Positions 1 to 8,927 of a DNA stretch of 32,000 nucleotides are shown one piece after another (the stretch's first letter is position 1; every line of letters starts with the position of its first letter). The notes beneath the pieces are model-generated. The model was not told where the DNA came from and did not search any database. It saw only the letters and a program-made list of their open reading frames with translations. The stretch is from Hyperthermus butylicus DSM 5456 (GTDB lineage Archaea > Thermoproteota > Thermoprotei_A > Sulfolobales > Pyrodictiaceae). The stretch lies in assembly GCF_000015145.1 (NCBI RefSeq), contig NC_008818.1, positions 300,001 through 332,000 on the forward strand, in the 5' to 3' direction. The translations under genes and the position numbers were made by a program.

Positions 1-674
1 GTACGGTTCAGAGTGGTGAGTATGGAGGCTATGAACACCTCGTTCCAGGACATTATGAAGGTGAATATCGCTGCCGCAGCTAGGCCTGGGAGGGCTAGCG
101 GTAATGTTATCCTTAGAAATACGCCGAGCCTATTTAGCCCAAAGACTAGCCCTGCCTCCTCAAGCTCTCGCGGCACCCCAGCGAATATGCTTGATGTCAC
201 TAGCACAACGAATGGTAGAGCCATGGCTGTGTGGGCTAGGGCTACGCCTAGCGGTGTATCGTATATGCCGAGTCTTATGTAGAGGGTTGCTAGCGGCACA
301 GCTATCACTATTATCGGAAACATCCTCATACCGACTATTAGCAGTTTCAGCGCGTCCCGGCCGGGGAATACAAAGCGTGCAAATGCATAGCCCGCAGGGA
401 GTCCCAGCAGGAAGCTGAGGACAATAGTTAGCACTGCTACCACTACACTGTTAAATGCCGCCTTGCTAGCGCCGAGAGCTAATAGATCCCGGACATGCTC
501 TAATGTGAAGCGGATTGGTATAACCTTGTTAGGGTCGTAGTAGTCCTGGGGTGTACTAAACGCGTAAAGCACCGAGATAGCTATAGGTACTAGCACCCAT
601 GCAACCGCGAGGGCTGCAGCTGCCGCCACAAGTATGCCGTGAAGCGCATAGCGGACTGGGCTAGCCTCCTCCAC
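1..674 (-). CDS. ABC transporter permease, MalG-type (C-terminus truncated by window edge)
   Basis: Minus-strand reading from GTG at 674 with an upstream ggaggtga RBS gives VEEASPVRYALHGILVAAAAALAVAWVLVPIAISVLYAF...; the far end reads ...FIMSWNEVFIASILTTLNRT, a typical MalG C-terminal stretch. Adjacent to a MalF-type permease. Confidence 0.8.
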   Translation of the reverse strand, partial: MEEASPVRYALHGILVAAAAALAVAWVLVPIAISVLYAFSTPQDYYDPNKVIPIRFTLEHVRDLLALGASKAAFNSVVVAVLTIVLSFLLGLPAGYAFARFVFPGRDALKLLIVGMRMFPIIVIAVPLATLYIRLGIYDTPLGVALAHTAMALPFVVLVTSSIFAGVPRELEEAGLVFGLNRLGVFLRITLPLALPGLAAAAIFTFIMSWNEVFIASILTTLNR

Positions 675-681
675 CCCGGTG

Positions 682-1593
682 TCACCTCCCAGCCTCAAGA
701 TACCTTGCCTTGAAGAATCTGATGTAGAGGGCGCCAAGGCTGAGGGAGATAGCCGCTATTATTAATGCATAGAGTGCTGCCACACCAGTGTGATGCATTT
801 GTGTATGTTCGTAGAAAGCTTCGCCTGCAAGGACTGGTATATCTCTGCCTGCCAATACCCACACGCTGCCAAACACTTGGAGTGCAAACAAAGTCCTAAT
901 GATGAGTGCTGCTTGTATGCTCGGCATCAGCATTGGGAGAACTATGTAGCGTAGCCTCTGCAGCGCATTAGCCCCGAAAACCTCGGCTGCCTCGAGGTAC
1001 TCATGGCTTATCATCTGCAGTCCTGCTAGGAGTATCACGAAGACTATTGCGGTTGAGCGCCAAACCTCGGTTATAATTATCGCTAACAACTCCATGTCGC
1101 GGTTTTGCCAACCAAAGAACTGTATCGGCTCGCTTATAACGCCAAGGTTTAGCAGGAGCTTGTTCGCGAAACCATTGCCAGTGAGCATCGAGTACCAGAT
1201 GAGACCTGCAGCTACATCGCTAATTGTGAGCGGAAGAATGGTAACATATATCGCTGCGTTCTTGCCACGAAACCGGAAGCTGTTGAAGAAGAATGCTAAT
1301 AGCAGCGCGAGGACAAACTCGACCGGTATAACTATGCCAGTTATCAGGAGCGTGTAGAATAGCGCGTCGCGAAACTTCGAAAGCGGGCTGTTGAGGAGAT
1401 AATCAACGTTCTCGGTGGTAAACCTGCCTTGCTCGTCAAAGAATGCTAGCTTAACACCTTGCACTAGGGGGTAGCCAACAAAGAACCCCATGTAGACTAC
1501 AGTGGGTGCTATGAGTAGGTAGGGTAGGATGCGGTCCAGCTTCTCCGCGAGGAGCCGGTACCTCATGTAAAAAACCGAGTGGGACCGCTGCAA
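682..1593 (-). CDS. ABC transporter permease, MalF-type (sugar family)
   Basis: 303 aa hydrophobic protein with MalF-like C-terminal region EAAEVFGANALQRLRYIVLPMLMPSIQAALIIR (EAA loop). Confidence 0.85.
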   Translation of the reverse strand: MQRSHSVFYMRYRLLAEKLDRILPYLLIAPTVVYMGFFVGYPLVQGVKLAFFDEQGRFTTENVDYLLNSPLSKFRDALFYTLLITGIVIPVEFVLALLLAFFFNSFRFRGKNAAIYVTILPLTISDVAAGLIWYSMLTGNGFANKLLLNLGVISEPIQFFGWQNRDMELLAIIITEVWRSTAIVFVILLAGLQMISHEYLEAAEVFGANALQRLRYIVLPMLMPSIQAALIIRTLFALQVFGSVWVLAGRDIPVLAGEAFYEHTQMHHTGVAALYALIIAAISLSLGALYIRFFKARYLEAGR

Positions 1594-1634
1594 GACCCTC
1601 CCAGCCCCAGAGGATACTACTGGGCTCCCCCTTC

Positions 1635-3002
1635 TTAGCCGCTATCCGGTGGTGGCAGCGGCGCGCCGGTCTCCTCGAAGAGTTTGAGAAGCTCTGGCTT
1701 CAACTCCTTTGTTACTTCTGCCGGGTCCTTGCCCTGTAGTACTATCTGCTCGAAGGCTGTCAGGTAGATCTGCTTAAACTCGCCGCCCTTAGCACCTAGG
1801 CTCGGTATCATTGCTACTATCGCGTCCCGGGCGTTTAGCATTTTGTTAACACCCTCAGCTAGTATCTTTAGTGGGCCCTCTGGTACTGCGCCAGAAGCCT
1901 CCTGGACACTTGGGAAGAAGCCTACGTTCTCGAGTATCTCGACCTCCGTCTCTGGCCTCGTTAGATAGTCTATGAGCTTCCAGGCTGCATCCTGGTAAGG
2001 CGCACCCTTCGGTATTGCAAGACCGACTATCACCAGTATGAAGCCGCGGCCTTGCGGCCCACGAGGCACTGGCACTACAACGAACTGGTCTGGCTTAGTG
2101 GTAATGGCGTCCTTTATTCTTGCCGTGTGATCCCAGGCTATCCAAACCTCCTCTCTTAGCAGTGGGTCGGCCATGGCATCCCAGGTTGTGCTCGCTGGAT
2201 TCACATACTGCCATAGCTGCTTGAGGTAATTCCACATCTCCACGGCCTCTGGGCTGTCAAAGTTCTCTACTTGTGCCCCGGTGAAGGCCGGGTAGAGGTA
2301 GCCATGGAGGAATCTTACGAATAGCCCGTTGGGGCCTGCTGGGAAGCCTAGCAGCTTCTTCCCAGTCTTCTCGTAGATATTCTTGGCCCAGGCGAGTAGG
2401 GCATCATAAGTCCACTTCTCGGTACCCTTGATCACGTCGTCAGGTGTTAGGCCCTCAGGCAGGTAGTCGAACGCCTTCTTGTTGACGACCATTACATAGG
2501 TTGCCGTGAGCCATGGCACGTAGGCCTTTATGCCATGGAGGTAGCTGTAGTCCTCAAGTATCTTGGGGAACGTCCTGCCCTCAAGCTGGGGGAACTTCCG
2601 GAGATCCTCTAGCCAGCCCTTGCTAGCAAACATGTCTAGGCCGCCGTGCAGATCCGCGATAACGCTTACTGTGACCTTGCCAGCCTTAATCTCGCTTTCA
2701 AGCTTCAGCACCAGGTCGCTATAGCTTATACCGACAAACTCCACGTCTATACCCGTCTCCTGCTTAAACTTTGGCAGCAACTGATCCTTCACGAAGGCCT
2801 GCTCCTTGGGCGGCACTAGCTGCGTCGAAGCCCACACTATCTTTTCAGGCTTTTCCGGTGGTGTTGGCTGTTCTGTGGTAGGCCTAGTAGCAAAGTAGAC
2901 CGCAATACCTGCAAGGACAACTATGATTATTATGGCTGCTACTATGAGTGAGGTCTTAGCCTGGGCTCGTAACAAGACTATCCTCCACCATGTTAATTCC
3001 AA
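1635..3002 (-). CDS. Extracellular solute-binding protein (sugar ABC type)
   Basis: 455 aa, N-terminal TM anchor, then FKQETGIDVEFVGISYSDLVLKLESEI and YKDAAWKLIDYLTRPETEVEILENVGFFPS; upstream of MalF/G-type permeases. Confidence 0.85.
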   Translation of the reverse strand: MELTWWRIVLLRAQAKTSLIVAAIIIIVVLAGIAVYFATRPTTEQPTPPEKPEKIVWASTQLVPPKEQAFVKDQLLPKFKQETGIDVEFVGISYSDLVLKLESEIKAGKVTVSVIADLHGGLDMFASKGWLEDLRKFPQLEGRTFPKILEDYSYLHGIKAYVPWLTATYVMVVNKKAFDYLPEGLTPDDVIKGTEKWTYDALLAWAKNIYEKTGKKLLGFPAGPNGLFVRFLHGYLYPAFTGAQVENFDSPEAVEMWNYLKQLWQYVNPASTTWDAMADPLLREEVWIAWDHTARIKDAITTKPDQFVVVPVPRGPQGRGFILVIVGLAIPKGAPYQDAAWKLIDYLTRPETEVEILENVGFFPSVQEASGAVPEGPLKILAEGVNKMLNARDAIVAMIPSLGAKGGEFKQIYLTAFEQIVLQGKDPAEVTKELKPELLKLFEETGAPLPPPDSG

Positions 3003-3511
3003 TTAAACCAGTTATATTGCTTTCCCGTGAAACAAGCTAGAGATGCACACTATCTATACTGTGTAAACTAGGGACACAATGATAGAATGATGGTTAGGAT
3101 GATAGTTAGGCTAGTAGCACTAGATACACGTTTTAGCCCGGATATTTTATCGAAGTAGTTATCGTTTGGTTATATCGCGCCTATGTTAGTCCCTGCATAT
3201 GGTAGGCTATGACCAAATAGTCTCAGAGCCGGCGAGGTCTAGCCTGCAGCTGCCAGCTACCCCCGCCATAACGCTGTGCTGCAGCCAAAAACACGTTGCG
3301 GCTCTCCCGGTGCAAAAGCTCGAGCCTAGATCCCGGTCTTAGGCCTAGCTCCTCCTAGCCTCCGCCGGTATTGTTGCACAGCATCTCGTCAGTGAAAAAC
3401 AACCGAGGGGCGAGATGCGCTACTCCTCACACAGCGGCTGTTGTGAAATGAGTTAGCCTTACTAGCTGCGTCCGCCACGTGCTGCAACCGGAAGGAGGTT
3501 GATTAACTTCT

Positions 3512-4675
3512 CTAGGCCGTCTCCTTTAGGACCTTTACTGTGAAGTCTAATCCAAGCTCCTCTGAGAGCTTCTTTAGGTCGTTGAAGACGTTGCGGTGTA
3601 GTGGTATCCCGATCTTCTTCCTAGTCTCCATTGTTAGCCAGGCTTTCTCGCCGGGTATCCATATTCTGTCCGCTTGTGGGTGCTTGGGCAGACTCTTGAT
3701 CTCCTCTATCATCTTCTCGAACCTGTCGTAGAATTCTTCGAGTGACATGAATGCCTCGATGTTTATCGACATGAAGAAGTGGCCCACATTGGCTGGCTGC
3801 GGGTCGGTGGTGTTTCGGACATGTATTGCCCAGGCTGCGCCAGTTAGTACGCCCGCCAGCAGCTCTACTATTAGTGCCAGGCCGCTCCCCTTGTGGCCGC
3901 CCGTTTCCTCTGCTAGGCCTCCGAGGGGTAGTAGTGCTGCCCTACCTTTCCTTATCGCCTCAAGGATTGGTGCTGCGTCACCGGTCAGCTCCCTGCCGTC
4001 CTCCAGGCTGACAGCCCAGCCATGAGGCACGGACCTCCCGGTCTTAGCGTAGATCTCTACCTTCCCCACTGGCACTGTGCTCGTAGCGGCGTCAAAGAGG
4101 AATGGTGGCGGGTTCCTCCGGGGCGCAGCTACTGCTATCGGGTTTGTGCCCAGATACTTGGAGAGTGTGCCTACGTATGCTACGAGGGACCTAGCGTTTG
4201 TGAGTGACACCCCTATCATGCCATGTTCAACTGCCATGAGGGCATAGTAGCCGGCTATGCCGTAGTGGTGGCTCCTTCTGACACCCACAACACCAACACC
4301 ATACCTTTTGGCCCTCTCGATAGCAATGTTCATGGCCTTGGTGCCTACCACCTGGCCTGGTCCATTGTCGCCATCGAGGAGGACTGCCGCACCCATATCC
4401 CGTACTATCCTTATGTCCGGGTTTACGTTTATTGAGCCAACCTTTATCCCGCCAACATACCTCCGGATCCTCTGTACGCCGTGGCTGCTGATGCCCATAA
4501 GGTCTGCTGCCACCAGGTTGTCAGCCACGATGTCGGCGTAGTCCCTGCGTAGCCCTAGGGCCTGGAAGACCTTTGAGACCCAGCTGCGGAGGCTCTCGTG
4601 GTCAACACGCACATACTCCTCTGGGGGTACAGGCTTCTCCTTCTCGTAGAACTTGGGGTGCAAAAAGCCCACCAC
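3512..4675 (-). CDS. Malate/L-lactate dehydrogenase family (Ldh2/MDH-like) oxidoreductase
   Basis: 387 aa: HESLRSWVSKVFQALGLRRDYADIVADNLVAADLMGISSHGVQRIRRYV, VVGVRRSHHYGIAGYYALMA, GHKGSGLALIVELLAGVLTGA. Confidence 0.9.
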   Translation of the reverse strand: MVGFLHPKFYEKEKPVPPEEYVRVDHESLRSWVSKVFQALGLRRDYADIVADNLVAADLMGISSHGVQRIRRYVGGIKVGSINVNPDIRIVRDMGAAVLLDGDNGPGQVVGTKAMNIAIERAKRYGVGVVGVRRSHHYGIAGYYALMAVEHGMIGVSLTNARSLVAYVGTLSKYLGTNPIAVAAPRRNPPPFLFDAATSTVPVGKVEIYAKTGRSVPHGWAVSLEDGRELTGDAAPILEAIRKGRAALLPLGGLAEETGGHKGSGLALIVELLAGVLTGAAWAIHVRNTTDPQPANVGHFFMSINIEAFMSLEEFYDRFEKMIEEIKSLPKHPQADRIWIPGEKAWLTMETRKKIGIPLHRNVFNDLKKLSEELGLDFTVKVLKETA

Positions 4676-4718
4676 ACTAAGCCCAAATGTATCCGGGGTT
4701 AAAGCCTTGTGACACCAG

Positions 4719-5171
4719 TTGCTAGTGCCTCAGCCGGGAGCCAAACATATGACGGAGACTCTATCCTGCCCCGAGCTAGCTGAGGGCATTTACACCTACC
4801 AGCCTGGAGCTGGCTGGGTCCGAGGGCTTCGGGAAGGAGGAAAGGCTACCATTCTAGTCTTCGTCAACGTGTTCTGCCAGCATGCATGCAACGATATTGT
4901 TCAACGTATATTCTCCAAGCTAGCAGGCCTAGTTAACAGCGGGGCTGTCGGCCTAGTGCTGGTCGTATGTACAAGGTTTAGGAGGGTCTGCAGTGACTCC
5001 GATGCAAGGAGGCTATTCATGATTTACAACATTATTGCAAGTCCATCGGTGATAGCCTATGCATCAAACGGCATATTGCTAGGCTCTGCTAAAGGCTCGC
5101 TGCGTGTTGAGAGGGAGCTAGATTCTCTACTTGATAGGGTTGCTGCACACGCTGCTACCGGTGTTCTTTAG
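4719..5171 (+). CDS. Thioredoxin-like fold protein with C-x3-C instead of CxxC
   Basis: ATILVFVNVFCQHACNDIVQRIFSKLAGLV ... IIASPSVIAYASNGILLGSAKG, matching a Trx beta-Cys-alpha and cis-Pro/beta/NG layout. Remote family call by eye. Confidence 0.5.
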   Translation: MLVPQPGAKHMTETLSCPELAEGIYTYQPGAGWVRGLREGGKATILVFVNVFCQHACNDIVQRIFSKLAGLVNSGAVGLVLVVCTRFRRVCSDSDARRLFMIYNIIASPSVIAYASNGILLGSAKGSLRVERELDSLLDRVAAHAATGVL

Positions 5172-5188
5172 CATTTTTAACCTCGTTT

Positions 5189-5905
5189 ATGAACACCGGT
5201 TCTCAGGGAGAGGTGCACCCGCATATGGTTAAAGCCGTCCGGTTCCTTGGAAAGGACATAATCAAGGAGAATGCACGGCTTGCAGAGAGGCTCCGGAAGC
5301 TCTACGACGAGGCTGGTGTAACTGTCTATGAGTTCCTCGGGGGTCCAGGCAGCGGAAAGACCAGTGTTATAGAGAGACTCGTGGAGAAGATGCTCGAGGA
5401 GTACCGGCCCGAGGAGATAGCCTACATAGGCGGCGATATAGCAACAACACTTGACACCGAGAGGATAGCCAGATACGGTGTAAGACACGTACAGATCAAT
5501 ACTGGTGGCACATGCCACCTAGAAGTCCCCCATGTTGAGGCGGCGATAAAGGCACTAGGGGGCTCCGAGGCTCTCCACAAGCTCCGCATAATGATAATAG
5601 AGAATGTTGGGAACCTCATATGCCCATTTAACTTCCCCCTCGGAGCCCATGCAAGAATAATGGTGGCCGATGTCACTGAGGGCGAGGACAAGTTTGTAAA
5701 GCATCCGCTCAGCACGAAGGTGAGCGATGTCATAGTAATAAACAAGGTTGACCTTGCACCCATAGTGGGTGTAAACCTCGAGAAGATGGTCAGCGATGCC
5801 CGCACCCTAAACCCCAAAGCGCCAATAGTGCTTGCCAGCGCGAAGACAGGGCAGGGCATTGACGAGCTATACCGTGTGCTCAAAAAGTTTATGGTGAGGA
5901 GCTAG
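5189..5905 (+). CDS. hypB: Hydrogenase nickel incorporation GTPase HypB (likely true start ATG 5225)
   Basis: EFLGGPGSGKTSVIERLVEKM (P-loop), INTGGTCHLE, IIENVGNLICPFNFPLG, VINKVDLAP; next to hypA. Confidence 0.93.
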   Translation: MNTGSQGEVHPHMVKAVRFLGKDIIKENARLAERLRKLYDEAGVTVYEFLGGPGSGKTSVIERLVEKMLEEYRPEEIAYIGGDIATTLDTERIARYGVRHVQINTGGTCHLEVPHVEAAIKALGGSEALHKLRIMIIENVGNLICPFNFPLGAHARIMVADVTEGEDKFVKHPLSTKVSDVIVINKVDLAPIVGVNLEKMVSDARTLNPKAPIVLASAKTGQGIDELYRVLKKFMVRS

Positions 5906-5907
5906 CC

Positions 5908-6342
5908 TTGCACGAGACAAGTATTGCCCTCAGCATACTTGCAGCAGTGGAGGATGTTTTCCGTTCCACACCTGGCGCTCGTAGGGTCGAGAAGATACGG
6001 ATACGCGTTGGGATGCTAAGCCTCGTGGATCCCGAGGCGCTAAGGTTTGCACTAAGCGTAGTATCCCGCGACACTCCTGCGGAGAACGCTGAGGTAGAGA
6101 TTGAGACTGTGAGGCCCCGGTTTCGCTGTCCCCACTGCGGCTACGAGTGGGAGGTAGGTGACGAGGACGTCAAAAGGATAGCTGACGATCCTATGCTCGC
6201 CACGCTTGTCCACATACACCCCGACGTTGTAGTCAAGTACCTCCGGTGCCCGCGCTGTGGCAGCACCGATGTGGAGATAGTTGAGGGGAAGGGTGTAGTG
6301 CTGCACAGCGTAGTCATAGAGACAGACGAGGAAAAGGGGTAG
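5908..6342 (+). CDS. hypA: Hydrogenase nickel incorporation protein HypA
   Basis: MHETSIALSILAAVED start, and zinc motif FRCPHCGYEW ... LRCPRCGSTDVEIVEGKGVVLHSVVIE. Confidence 0.93.
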   Translation: MHETSIALSILAAVEDVFRSTPGARRVEKIRIRVGMLSLVDPEALRFALSVVSRDTPAENAEVEIETVRPRFRCPHCGYEWEVGDEDVKRIADDPMLATLVHIHPDVVVKYLRCPRCGSTDVEIVEGKGVVLHSVVIETDEEKG

Positions 6343-6353
6343 GGGAGAACTCC

Positions 6354-6773
6354 TTGGTGGTCAAGACTGGTGTCTCGCTACCCGACGAACTCTACGAGAA
6401 GCTTGTCTCCCTAGCCCAGCGCGCGGGCTACCCGAGTATCTCAAAAGCTATACGGGACGCCGTAGAGTTATTCATAGCCTTCAACACCTGGTGGAGCAGC
6501 CAGGGCCCCGTAACCGGTGTCCTGCACCTCCTAGCCGAGGCCAAGCATGGCAGCGAAATCCAGGAGGCCCTGCAGGACGCCGAGGAGGTTGTCGAGGCTG
6601 TACTATATCGGAGGCTCGGAGCATCCTACATAGCCGTGATAGTGGTTGTTGAAGGGGAACCCGGCAGGATTAAAGACCTCTACAAGAAGCTCACACGGCT
6701 CCGTGGAGTACTAGCTGTCCAGCCCGCCCTCCTCCCTGCCCCAGCAGCTGCTACACGTGGTGTGCAAGGTTGA
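6354..6773 (+). CDS. NikR-like ribbon-helix-helix/ACT regulator lacking canonical Ni ligands
   Basis: RHH N-terminus MVVKTGVSLPDELYEKLVSLAQRAGYPSISKAIRDAVELFI and C-terminal ACT-like IAVIVVVEGEPGRIKDLYKKLTRLRGVLAVQPAL; position after hypAB. Confidence 0.7.
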   Translation: MVVKTGVSLPDELYEKLVSLAQRAGYPSISKAIRDAVELFIAFNTWWSSQGPVTGVLHLLAEAKHGSEIQEALQDAEEVVEAVLYRRLGASYIAVIVVVEGEPGRIKDLYKKLTRLRGVLAVQPALLPAPAAATRGVQG

Positions 6774-7870
6774 CCCGCATCGTGGTAGTAGGTTCAGGAT
6801 TTGCGGGGGTAGAAGCTGTTGCCAGCCTTTCGAGCCTCTGCGACCGCTACGAGTGCATCTGGGTTACTGCAAGGGCACAAATGGTATTCCTCCCGCTTCT
6901 CCCAGCACTGGCTGCTGGGCGGTATCGGGTCGAGGAGGTCTTCTGGAGCATAGAATCCTATGCCAGGCGGGCCGGGTTCGCCGTCATCGAGAAGCCCGTA
7001 GAGGTTCTCGGCGACGGTTGGCTCGTAGCAGGCGGCGAGAGGATAGACTACGACTACGCCATAGCCGGGCTCGGGGCTAGGCCTGCATTCTACGGCGTGC
7101 CCGGTGCCGCCGAGCACAGCATAACCCTCTACAGCGTCGAGGACGCAGAGACCATAAGAAAGCTCCTCGACAGGATAGATGGCCTAGTAATCGTTGGCGC
7201 TGGCCCCGTTGGTGTGGAACTCGCGGGAGAAGTCGCACTGTGGGCGAGGCGGGTAGGGAGCCCCCTAAAGATATGGCTCATAGACATGCTTAGCGAGCCC
7301 CTGGCACTACTAGGCAACCAGCGCGCTTCAGAACTTGCAAGAGAGCTACTTGAAAAGCTTGGCGTAGAGCTTGTACTAGGCCGCCGAGTCGTACGCGTAG
7401 CAGAAAACCACGTCGAACTCGAGGATGGCAGTAAGGTGGGCTGTCAAGGCTGTGCCATAGCCTGGACAGCAGGGATAGGGGGCCCAGATGTCAAGCTCGA
7501 AAAGGATACCGCCCTCGGGAAGGCAGGCTTCATACTTGTGGACGAGACACTGCGGGCAAAGGGGTATAGGAGGCTATACGTGGCAGGCGATGCTGCCAGC
7601 TACCAGGCCCAATGTCCTCCACTCAAGCTTGCACGTGAAGCAATCAGGATGGCACGCCATGCCGTATCAAACCTCAGAGCTGGGCTGAACGGAGGTAAAC
7701 CCAAGCCCTACAAGCCGTTCATAACGACTTGCCGGCCACTTCTCGGAGTCTGCATTGGCAAGGCGGACTGCATACTCGCACTAGGCAAGAACATAGCGTT
7801 GAAGACTAGGTTGCCGGCATGGTACCACGAGAGGGTTAGGAGAGCCTACCAGTCAAGGCTAGTAGCATGA
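6770..7870 (+). CDS. FAD-dependent NAD(P)H dehydrogenase / pyridine nucleotide-disulfide oxidoreductase (NDH-2-like)
   Basis: TRIVVVGSGFAGVEAVASLSS, DGLVIVGAGPVGVELAGEVALWAR, RLYVAGDAASYQ; 4-bp overlap with upstream ORF. Confidence 0.85.
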   Translation: MTRIVVVGSGFAGVEAVASLSSLCDRYECIWVTARAQMVFLPLLPALAAGRYRVEEVFWSIESYARRAGFAVIEKPVEVLGDGWLVAGGERIDYDYAIAGLGARPAFYGVPGAAEHSITLYSVEDAETIRKLLDRIDGLVIVGAGPVGVELAGEVALWARRVGSPLKIWLIDMLSEPLALLGNQRASELARELLEKLGVELVLGRRVVRVAENHVELEDGSKVGCQGCAIAWTAGIGGPDVKLEKDTALGKAGFILVDETLRAKGYRRLYVAGDAASYQAQCPPLKLAREAIRMARHAVSNLRAGLNGGKPKPYKPFITTCRPLLGVCIGKADCILALGKNIALKTRLPAWYHERVRRAYQSRLVA

Positions 7871-7908
7871 AACCAAGGCAAGAGGATAGACCAAACCATT
7901 GATTCATA

Positions 7909-8270
7909 TTGGGAAGCCGCCTGAAACCTCCTCCGGAGCCAAATACAACTCAAGGTGTTGAGCTGGAACGTCTCATGCTTGATGAGAAGTCTCTGTATGT
8001 AACTGTACATGGAGGCCAAATCGAGTACAACGTGTTTAGCGACATTGTATGTGGTGCCAGTTTCCGGGTTGCTGCACCAGCGTTGCCTCGGTGCAAGGTA
8101 GCGAGACCGCTGGGGCGACTGAGGCTAGGGCTCTGAAGCTGATGAGGATTCTAGGCGACTGTGGCTGCGCGGGTGTCGAGGCTCGCCTCTACGTTGACAC
8201 TAGCGTCTTCAGCGTTGAGACCAAGGTCAGCCCAGGGCCAAGGCCACAGCTCTCTCTGCTAGGCCTATAG
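7909..8270 (+). pseudogene. Possible decayed small gene readable across two frames
   Basis: Frame 1 GVELERLMLDEKSLYVTVHGGQIEYNVFSDIVCG..., other frame ...LKLMRILGDCGCAGVEARLYVDTSVFSVETKVS; neither is convincing alone. No family recognised. Confidence 0.25.
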
Positions 8271-8927
8271 GGCTCCATACAACGCTACCGGCTGAGCTCA
8301 GGAATCGGAACTAGACGCGGCTTCTATGTCGAGTCCGTTGAGGTGTACTTCTACATACAGAACGCTAAATAGTAGGGCATCGACACCAGCCGAGCCCTAC
8401 CGTGCAAAGGGGCTGAGATCCTGTCCCCCGTGGGACTATAAGCTCTACGCATTCCTCATTCGGAGCCCCGACAATAGCTGCTGTGTGAAGACTAGGAGGC
8501 CACGGGTCTCCAGATAGCAGGGGAAGTGACTTGTTTCTGAGATTGCTCCAGAACTCCTTCTTGAGGCCTATGTGGAGTAGACACTGCTACGTGCTGTCGT
8601 GGTAATTCTTTTCGCGCGTGCACTGAGAGCATAGCTCTAGGTATATGCACATTCTACAAGTATTGGGTACAACTATTATATGGTGCACTAGCATTCATGT
8701 TATTCTGTGTATATGGGAGGTGTAAGGGGGTTAAATCATATAATTGTTTTCCGCCGCGTAGCTCTTTAATTAGCGGAAGAAGCATTTAATGCTCTGAATT
8801 AGACTCATCTAGTCAAGGGTGAAGCACGGCTTCAGGCCCGTAGCAGTATCGTGTAACTCTGCGATACCACGCAAAGATGCTTGCAACTGTGGGGTATGAG
8901 TGATGTGAGAATAGAGGAGGTGACACC

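Noticed and set aside
5177-5883. Minus-strand ORFs of 113 and 153 aa opposite hypB
   Set aside because: Antisense to well-supported hypB; no domain signature.
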